Origin: a virus
Lineage: Duplodnaviria; Caudoviricetes
IMG/VR virus record: IMGVR_UViG_3300035492_000055
Location: 1 to 39,455 of that record
Direction: 5' to 3' (one strand)
Length of the DNA stretch: 39,455 nucleotides
Shown: positions 33,385-39,455 of the stretch, in pieces
How positions within the stretch are numbered: position 1 is the stretch's first letter
Layout: each line of letters starts with the position of its first letter
Notes under the pieces: generated by a model
Databases searched by the model: none
Told to the model about the DNA's origin: nothing
The model's input: only the letters and a program-made list of their open reading frames with translations
Position numbers and translations under genes: made by a program

Positions 33385-35253
33385 TTAGTGGGTATCAGCC
33401 CAGGTCTTGCCGGTTCCGTAATCGGTGGCGAGCGGGCATCGGAAGTTGAAGAGTTGTTCGGTGCGCTTCATTGCCTCTTCGCAATAGGCACCGATCTGGT
33501 CAGCGATTTGTTGGGTACGGCAGGCAATCTGGACCTCGTCGTGGACCCAGGCGCAGAACACGAAGTCTCCGTCCCAGCTGTGCTTGAGGTTGTTCTCCTC
33601 AAGGATGTCCTCAAGGCAGACCAGCCATTGCTTGCAGATGAGCGCCCCGGCTGACTGCAGGAGCGTGTTCAGAGCGGCGTGTTCAGAGCGGACGTAGACC
33701 TTGCGGCCATCCAGACCACGCAGGAACCCACGCTTGGCAGCGCCCTTGACCGCATCCAGGAGTTTCTTGAGGGCCGGGAAGGCTTTCAGGAACTTCTTCT
33801 TGAGCCTGCGGCCAACGGTCTTCTGGGTCTTGGTATCCGAGTCAGGGTTGGTGATGGAGCCGATCTTTTCGTCACCAGCGCCGTACAGGAAGGCGTAGAT
33901 AAACGTCTTGGCGACGCCCCTCGCCCACTCGTGGTGCTCGTTGTGTTTGTCCCGCTCGGTGCCTGGGGGGACCAGACCGAGAGCCAGGACGTTGGCCCAG
34001 TGGATGTCGCCTTCCAGCAGCGTCTTGATGTAGGTGCCGCCGTCGTACTTCGCCATGAAGTGGCCGAGGCATCGAAGCTCCAGACCGCTGGCGTCACTAC
34101 CGAGGAGAACCCAGCCGTGGGGGACGGTGAACAGCTCCCGGCATTCCCGGCCATACTCAGCCCGGGTAGACGGTACTTGGGCCATGTTCGGTGAGCTGTG
34201 GGTGGCTCGACCTGTTACAGCGCCGTTGGGGTTGACGCGGCCATGCAGCTTGCCGTCGACCACCAGCCTGAGCCAGCCGTTGGCCCCCTCTGCAATCTGG
34301 CCGATGCGCTTCTCAATCAGGAAGCTCTCAGCGAGCAGCTTGGCGTGGGGGTTGTCCATCCGTGATAGGACGGTTTCATCAATCTTTGGCTGACCGTTGT
34401 CGGTGAACTCGGTGGGCTTCCAGCCGTACAGCTCCTTGAGACGCTTGGCGATGTGCTGGCGGGAGCTGGGGTTGAAGGTGACACGGGTGAAGGTGCTGTA
34501 GGGCGCGCCTTCGGTCTGGTCTCCCCGGAGTGGGTCTTTGTACTTGACGGTACGCTTGGGGGTCTTGACCTCCCCCACCTGATTCCACCAGCCGAAGGCA
34601 TCAACCAGTTCACGCTGGATGACCTCGCGGCGGGCGCAGAGTTGGGCATACAGGTTCACCGCTGCAGGCTCGTTGAAGTAGAAGCCGTTGGTTTCCTGTC
34701 GTGCCATCAGGGCAGAGATGCGGTTCTCCAGATACAGAGCCGCTGGGGAGTAGCCCTTGGCCTCGATCTTGTGGACCAGCTCAAGGGTCACTACGACGTC
34801 CTGGCGGCAGTACTTGCCCATCTCGGGGGTGTACACCTGCCAGTCCGTGGTTTCACCGAACTCCCCTTTCAGGACGCCGAGGCGGTAGCCCCAGGCTTTC
34901 AGGCTGTGGGAGCCGATGAGTTTGTTCGGGAGTTCGCCCTGACGCTTGCGCAGCCGGGTGAAGTCAATGTCGTGGATGTTGGAGTAAACGAGACGGGCCT
35001 CGGCCAGTGAGTCTCGCAGGACGCCGCGTGGGCGGAAGTTGGGGTAAATCTTGCGGATTGCTTGGTAGTCGAACCAGAAGCCGTTGTGGGCTACCAGCTC
35101 ATCTGCCTGCTCAAGCAGCCGGATACCGTCAGTGATGCAGGAAGGGTCGAACTCATAGAACTCGCCTGTGTCGATGTCAGCTGCGTGGATGCAGTGAATC
35201 TTGGTCATCTGACGGAGTAGACCATCGGTCTCAATGTCGAAGACGAGACGCAT
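33385..35253 (-). CDS. Family A DNA polymerase (T7 gp5-like)
   Basis: FDIETDGL exonuclease motif, DASGLELR motif A, AKTFIYAFLYG motif B, VHDEVQ motif C. Confidence 0.97.
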   Translation of the reverse strand: MRLVFDIETDGLLRQMTKIHCIHAADIDTGEFYEFDPSCITDGIRLLEQADELVAHNGFWFDYQAIRKIYPNFRPRGVLRDSLAEARLVYSNIHDIDFTRLRKRQGELPNKLIGSHSLKAWGYRLGVLKGEFGETTDWQVYTPEMGKYCRQDVVVTLELVHKIEAKGYSPAALYLENRISALMARQETNGFYFNEPAAVNLYAQLCARREVIQRELVDAFGWWNQVGEVKTPKRTVKYKDPLRGDQTEGAPYSTFTRVTFNPSSRQHIAKRLKELYGWKPTEFTDNGQPKIDETVLSRMDNPHAKLLAESFLIEKRIGQIAEGANGWLRLVVDGKLHGRVNPNGAVTGRATHSSPNMAQVPSTRAEYGRECRELFTVPHGWVLLGSDASGLELRCLGHFMAKYDGGTYIKTLLEGDIHWANVLALGLVPPGTERDKHNEHHEWARGVAKTFIYAFLYGAGDEKIGSITNPDSDTKTQKTVGRRLKKKFLKAFPALKKLLDAVKGAAKRGFLRGLDGRKVYVRSEHAALNTLLQSAGALICKQWLVCLEDILEENNLKHSWDGDFVFCAWVHDEVQIACRTQQIADQIGAYCEEAMKRTEQLFNFRCPLATDYGTGKTWADTH

Positions 35254-35272
35254 AGGAATCCTCACGCTGGAG

Positions 35273-35320
35273 AAAAAGAACCCCCGCGTAGTCTCCGAGT
35301 GGAGCCAAGAGGCGGGGGCC
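35273..35320 (-). terminator. Terminator-like hairpin in DNA polymerase leader
   Basis: GGCCCCCGC...GCGGGGGTT followed by CTTTTT. Confidence 0.6.
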
Positions 35321-35380
35321 ATGTTGGGGCTGGGGCTTCGTCGAGGTACAGGCTCTCTGCCCGGTTACTTTCCTGTACTG

Positions 35381-35398
35381 CTAGGGGTGGGGGTAAAT
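35381..35398 (-). promoter_or_regulatory. Phage RNAP promoter
   Basis: ATTTACCCCCACCCCTAG. Confidence 0.75.
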
Positions 35399-37026
35399 CA
35401 GAAGTCGGAGTGTTCATCACCGAACTTGTCGCCTTCTTCGTCGAACAGCTCAATCTCGGTTTTCTTTCCGGTCTTGGTGTCGTACAGAAGGCTGAACGTG
35501 ATGCCAGTACCCTGGCCGGTGTAACGGTCCTTGAGGATGCGGAACGTGGTGAGGTTCTTCTCCTCGGGGTCTTGCTGGCTGCGCTCGAGACCAAAGACAA
35601 AGTTGGCGTACTGCGTGATGGCCTTGCCCCCGGCGAAGTCGTCGAGGGTGATGCGACCGCCCTCTTCGTGGCTCTTGGCCTTGCTGTCTTTCTTGCGCAG
35701 GTGAGCGACGTAGTAGAGGGTGAACGGCAGCGCCTTGTTGAGGTCGTTGAGGGAACGCATGAGCTGCTTGGTGGCTGCGAGGTCTCCATCCCCGGCTGAG
35801 TCCAGCAGGTAGGTGACGTGGTCCAGGTAGACGTGCTTGACGCCGTACCCTTCGACAGCCTCCCGGATGAGGTCGATGACGTCCTCGGGTTCGATGGAGT
35901 CTTCCACCTTGAACAGCAGCAGGTTGTCGGCTACCAGTTGGCGGGTCTTCTCGTACTGTTCCCGGTCGTACTCAACGCCAGGGACGTGGTAGAGCTGCCC
36001 GTCAATCTTTCCGGCAACAGTCGCAACCGTCAGCGGGAGGTTCGGTTCTTCCAGGAAGATGGTCATGCACTTCTCACCGTGGACGGCGATGTTGTGCGCA
36101 ATGTCTTCCTTCATGGCGTCGGTCTTACCGCAGCCGGTGCCAGCTCCGATTAGGTACATCTCATGGGGGCGCTTGCCGTAGGTGCAGGCAGTGAGCGTCT
36201 CCCACGGCCAGGACTTGCCCATCTCGATGGACGTTTCGCCCATGTTCAGGACTTCCTCGCCGGTATACAGACCAGCCGGACGACGGGCCTGGGCGTTCCA
36301 GATGGCCTTGATGATTGGGTCAGCGCCCATCTCAATGAAGGTCTCGTTGGCGTCCTTCCGGGGTAGCTCAGCGATACGCGCCCGGGGGCCGAGCAGCTTG
36401 GCGGCAATCTCGGTAGCCTCACGTCCAGGCCCGTCCATATCGAACATCAGGACCACCTCATCGAACTTCTTGAGATACTCCATGTTTGCCAGGATGGACT
36501 TCTTGACGCTTCCAGCGCCATTGGGGAGGCTGACTACCGGGTACTTATTGCCTTGCACCTGGGATACGGTCAGGGCGTCAATCTCGCCTTCGGTGATGAC
36601 GATTTTTCGACCACCTACCGGCCAAGCCTGCCAGCCAAACAGGGCGTCATGCAGCTTGCCTATGACCTTGAACTTCTTGTCCTTGGTGCGGATTTTCTGG
36701 CCCACCAGTTGGCGGGTCTCGGGGTGGTAGTAGTTGGCGACTTGAACAGTCTCGCCGTCGAAGATGGCTTTGATGTAGCCGAGGGTTCGGCAGGTGTCTT
36801 CGGAGATACGGCGTTTGCTTAGCGCAACCACTTCCCCGGTCAGGAGGTCGTGGCTCATAGAGGGTCTCGTGCGTGGTTCGTATTCGGCTCCGTCGGCTGG
36901 CTCAAAGTGCTCACAGCCTGGGCTGAAGCAGTAGGCGTGGCCGTCGGAGTAGCGGGCTAGGTTGTCGCGGGAGCCACACTCAGGGCATGGCTCCTTGCGA
37001 ATCAGGACGCTTTCCGGGCGGTCCAT
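35398..37026 (-). CDS. Primase/helicase (gp4-like)
   Basis: CPECGS..C..C zinc finger, TEGEIDA and MFDMD TOPRIM, GAGTGCGKT, LDHV, AHLRK, LKDRYTG. Confidence 0.97.
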   Translation of the reverse strand: MDRPESVLIRKEPCPECGSRDNLARYSDGHAYCFSPGCEHFEPADGAEYEPRTRPSMSHDLLTGEVVALSKRRISEDTCRTLGYIKAIFDGETVQVANYYHPETRQLVGQKIRTKDKKFKVIGKLHDALFGWQAWPVGGRKIVITEGEIDALTVSQVQGNKYPVVSLPNGAGSVKKSILANMEYLKKFDEVVLMFDMDGPGREATEIAAKLLGPRARIAELPRKDANETFIEMGADPIIKAIWNAQARRPAGLYTGEEVLNMGETSIEMGKSWPWETLTACTYGKRPHEMYLIGAGTGCGKTDAMKEDIAHNIAVHGEKCMTIFLEEPNLPLTVATVAGKIDGQLYHVPGVEYDREQYEKTRQLVADNLLLFKVEDSIEPEDVIDLIREAVEGYGVKHVYLDHVTYLLDSAGDGDLAATKQLMRSLNDLNKALPFTLYYVAHLRKKDSKAKSHEEGGRITLDDFAGGKAITQYANFVFGLERSQQDPEEKNLTTFRILKDRYTGQGTGITFSLLYDTKTGKKTEIELFDEEGDKFGDEHSDF

Positions 37027-37280
37027 CCGTACCGCTCCAGGAGTGCGTTGGCCTGTTGCAGAGCGCGGATACGTTCCAGGTAGTCAGGACGGTAGGCGTA
37101 CTTGTAGTCGACCAGTTTCTTACCCTTCATCACCGGCTCAGCGATGATGGGGACACCGGCAGAACGCATACGGTCGATGACTGCAGCGAGGCGGGTGATT
37201 TGATACATACCGATTGCGGTGTTTCGGGTGATATGCCCGTACTGGAGCATGTGCTTGGCGATAACTTGCATCTGAGTCAT
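37002..37280 (-). CDS. Small winged HTH protein (HTH_39-like)
   Basis: MTQMQVIAKHM..GHIT..A...ITRLAAVI..MR..G..I. Confidence 0.75.
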   Translation of the reverse strand: MTQMQVIAKHMLQYGHITRNTAIGMYQITRLAAVIDRMRSAGVPIIAEPVMKGKKLVDYKYAYRPDYLERIRALQQANALLERYGWTARKAS

Positions 37281-37306
37281 GGGGAATCTCTCAGGGAGGG
37301 AGGTTG

Positions 37307-37750
37307 TTACTTGGTGGCCTCGGTGATTGCAGCGCAGCGGCGCAGACAGACAGGCTCGTCGAGCCACTCCTGGGGGATGCGTTTGTCTGCGTACTTGAAC
37401 CCGTGCTTCTCACACCAAGCGGCGTAGGTGGTCTTGCTGGCCTTGCTCAGTCGGGTGGCCGATCTGGAGAACACAAAGCGGATGTCCAGCTCGGGGTACT
37501 GGGCTTGAAGCAGGAGGTGCTTCTTGCGGTCAGCCGGGGTGAAGATGCCTTTCGTCTCGATGACGATGCCGTTGGGGAGGATGTAATCTGGGCGGTAGAA
37601 AGTCCGGGTCTCAGGCTTCGTGTAGTAGAACTTCTCAGCCTCATACCCGAACTCAATACCGGCAGATTCAAGTTGTTTAGCTACTGCAACCTCAAGGCCG
37701 GAGCGATAGCCCTCTGCGCGGGCCTTCGCATAACGGTCCTTGGTTTTCAA
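37307..37750 (-). CDS. Endonuclease I / Holliday junction resolvase (gp3-like)
   Basis: YRSGLE, Y.PDY.LPNGIVIETKG, DRKKH, DIRFVF, WCEKHGF. Confidence 0.95.
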   Translation of the reverse strand: MKTKDRYAKARAEGYRSGLEVAVAKQLESAGIEFGYEAEKFYYTKPETRTFYRPDYILPNGIVIETKGIFTPADRKKHLLLQAQYPELDIRFVFSRSATRLSKASKTTYAAWCEKHGFKYADKRIPQEWLDEPVCLRRCAAITEATK

Positions 37751-37753
37751 CGG

Positions 37754-38401
37754 TTAGAAGTCTTCGGGGTCTGCGTCGTCAGAGTCATCCGAGTCGTCTT
37801 CATCATCGTCGTCATCCGACTCATCATCGAAGCCGTCGCCTTCAACGCTCTCGGCGTCAAAGTCGCCATCCTCTTCCTCTTCAAAGCCGACTTCGCTGCC
37901 GCCGTACTCGACCAGGGAGATGATTTGGCAGGCTTCCAGCTGCAGCTGCAGGCCAAAGCCTACGGACGGGCTGAACCAGAAGTACGGGTTGAAGGCCAGC
38001 TTGGCGACGGTGCCAGCGCCGATACGCAGGTTGGAGACGTTCGGAATCAGCTTGCCCTTGGCGTCGAACAGCTTGACGCGGCGGGTGATGACCTTGCCCT
38101 TCTTCTTGGATTCGATCTTGGCCTTCAGCTTGTACTTGAAGGTGACGGTTTCTTCGTCTTCGTCGATTTCCCAGGGCATGTCTGCGCACTTCAGCTTCTT
38201 CTTGCCTTTGGCGGCGCACTCGGCGTCGTAGGCTTCCTTGTAAGCGTCTTCCAGCTTCTGGATGAAGGCTTTGGTGGCAGCGTCCAGCGGTACGGTGTGA
38301 TTGCACTTGTACTCGCCGTCAGAGTTGAACTTGGTGTCCGGCTCGGTCAGGTAGGCGTACTTGCCAAGAGTGCCGCGTGGACTGTGGATTGCTTTTGCCA
38401 T
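37754..38401 (-). CDS. Single-stranded DNA-binding protein (gp2.5-like)
   Basis: YAYLTEPDTKF..GEYK, IGAGT, acidic tail ending in Phe. Confidence 0.92.
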   Translation of the reverse strand: MAKAIHSPRGTLGKYAYLTEPDTKFNSDGEYKCNHTVPLDAATKAFIQKLEDAYKEAYDAECAAKGKKKLKCADMPWEIDEDEETVTFKYKLKAKIESKKKGKVITRRVKLFDAKGKLIPNVSNLRIGAGTVAKLAFNPYFWFSPSVGFGLQLQLEACQIISLVEYGGSEVGFEEEEDGDFDAESVEGDGFDDESDDDDDEDDSDDSDDADPEDF

Positions 38402-38440
38402 TGGTGGCTCCTGTGTTGGTGATAGGTATGGGTTGGGGGT

Positions 38441-38566
38441 TCAGCAGTACTTGGCTTCCAGGGCTTCAACGTCGATACCCTCTTCCAGCAAGCGAGCTGC
38501 AAGGTCTGCGGGTACTCGGCGTCCTTTGTCCCAGAAGAACAGGTAGGCACGGGTGAGATTGGTCAT
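38441..38566 (-). CDS. 41-aa hypothetical protein (not in ORF track)
   Basis: MTNLTRAYLFFWDKGRRVPADLAARLLEEGIDVEALEAKYC; RBS AAAGGA, right after a phage promoter. Confidence 0.7.
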   Translation of the reverse strand: MTNLTRAYLFFWDKGRRVPADLAARLLEEGIDVEALEAKYC

Positions 38567-38596
38567 CGTTGGGGGTGTCCTTTGGTTGTGTGTCAG

Positions 38597-38614
38597 CTAG
38601 GGCTGGGGGTAAAT
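38597..38614 (-). promoter_or_regulatory. Phage RNAP promoter
   Basis: ATTTACCCCCAGCCCTAG-CTGA. Confidence 0.8.
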
Positions 38615-38624
38615 CGAGAGGTGC

Positions 38625-38840
38625 TTATTCCGGGCGCTGCTGGCTGCCTACCAGCTCACGGATACGGTCAGCGACGGCCAATGCTTCTTGGGCCTCGTCC
38701 ATCAGGTTGTCTGCCTGCAGGACCATGTCGGCGGCTCGCTCTTCCAGCACCTTTGCGGCGGCGCGGTTCTGGGCGACCAAGTTGTCCAGGGCGGTGAGGG
38801 TCTTGTTGAAGGACTTCAGGATTTTGCTCAGTGCGGTCAT
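38625..38840 (-). CDS. Small helical hypothetical protein
   Basis: 71 aa between two phage promoters. Confidence 0.7.
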   Translation of the reverse strand: MTALSKILKSFNKTLTALDNLVAQNRAAAKVLEERAADMVLQADNLMDEAQEALAVADRIRELVGSQQRPE

Positions 38841-38876
38841 AGGGAATCTCTCTCGATTGTTCGATGTGGGGTTCAG

Positions 38877-38894
38877 CTAGGGCTGGGGGTAAAA
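38877..38894 (-). promoter_or_regulatory. Phage RNAP promoter
   Basis: TTTTACCCCCAGCCCTAG-CTGAACCCC. Confidence 0.8.
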
Positions 38895-38897
38895 ACG

Positions 38898-38921
38898 AAA
38901 AAGGGAGCCACGAAGGCTCCC
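38898..38921 (-). terminator. Intrinsic terminator (TE-like)
   Basis: GGGAGCC-TTCGT-GGCTCCC then TTTTT. Confidence 0.85.
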
Positions 38922-38934
38922 GTTTGGGGTTCAG

Positions 38935-38952
38935 CTAGGGCTGGGGGTAAAT
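38935..38952 (-). promoter_or_regulatory. Phage RNAP promoter
   Basis: ATTTACCCCCAGCCCTAG-CTGAACCCC. Confidence 0.8.
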
Positions 38953-39455
38953 CAGAAACCCGCTTGGCAGGCTGTCTCGTAGGTAACGCTTTGGTCAGGG
39001 GTGTGGCCGACTTTCATCTTCAGCTTCCCGGCGAGGTACAGCTCGACCAGCTTCTTCTGGCCCTTCTCCAAGGCGACTACGACCGAGCGCCCTGCACTGT
39101 CGTAACGGTTGGCGAACAGCTTGTCTCGATACTGAGAACGGACGGTCCAGACTCCAGTGCGGCGGTGGAGGTAACCGAGAGCGCCGAGGGTGTTGCGGAT
39201 TTCGCTCTTGTTCACGCCGGGGAAACGGCCAGCGAAGTCGACGACTGAGATGTTGTTTCGAGTGCCTACGATTGCACCGACCTGAGCGTCAGGCTTCATG
39301 GCCTCGTTCTGCAGTCGCAGTGCTTCCTTCTGCTCTTCCAGCTCAGCGGCCAGTCGCAGTGCCTCGGCAAAGGTCTGCGGCAGCGCAGGCTTCTGTGCGA
39401 CCTGCTCTTCCAGTTCCTGCCAGCGGTCGACCAGTCGAGCGGTGAACTCGGGACT
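38952..39455 (-). CDS. Rha-family / antirepressor-like protein, 5'-truncated by window
   Basis: Frame is open to the edge: SPEFTARLVDRWQELE...LPQTFAEALRLAAELEEQ...MKP, then a KilAC-like C-terminal domain. Confidence 0.8.
   Translation of the reverse strand, partial: SPEFTARLVDRWQELEEQVAQKPALPQTFAEALRLAAELEEQKEALRLQNEAMKPDAQVGAIVGTRNNISVVDFAGRFPGVNKSEIRNTLGALGYLHRRTGVWTVRSQYRDKLFANRYDSAGRSVVVALEKGQKKLVELYLAGKLKMKVGHTPDQSVTYETACQAGF

Larger units (their letters stand above)
3..39455 (-). mobile_element. T7-like (Autographiviridae-type) prophage integrated at tRNA-Cys; right end not in window
   Basis: tRNA-Cys 3' fragment next to a tyrosine integrase, followed by T7-type morphogenesis and replication modules in T7 order on one strand, circularly permuted. 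Confidence 0.95.

Noticed and set aside
30259-37026. Inteins or introns in RNR, Pol or helicase
   Set aside because: Lengths are normal, motifs are contiguous and no splice signatures are seen
38551-38560. GGGTGAGATT matching the int arm repeat
   Set aside because: Single partial copy inside a small CDS, not adjacent to a visible att site; likely chance

Overview
The window is most of a temperate T7-like (Autographiviridae-type) podovirus prophage of a GC-rich gammaproteobacterium, with all real genes on the minus strand. It starts at the displaced 3' half of a tRNA-Cys(GCA) gene (att core, 3-47). Next come a tyrosine integrase, a MarR-like regulator and a block of small early genes, driven by two near-consensus sigma70 promoters with a boxA. 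A non-coding region at about 4850-5610 is the probable junction of the virion genome ends. After it lie a second MarR-like gene, terminase, lysis, tail fibre, internal virion, tail, capsid, scaffold and portal genes. The nucleotide-metabolism and replication block follows (MazG, gp1.7-like, exonuclease, class II RNR, ThyX, Pol A, primase/helicase, endonuclease I, SSB), then a Rha-type antirepressor cut by the window edge. No RNA polymerase gene is in the window, but six copies of an 18-bp SP6/T7-shaped promoter (AWTTACCCCCASYCCTAG-like) imply one just beyond the right edge. The most interesting unexplained signals are regulatory: operator-like palindromes on both early promoters, CsrA/RsmA-type hairpins in early leaders, three phage-promoter-to-terminator mini-units, an 11-bp-period G/T repeat array and an IHF site at the genome-end junction, and Int arm-type repeats inside the integrase tail. 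A very basic disordered protein also sits between portal and scaffold. All family calls are from motif recognition by eye; no searches were run.
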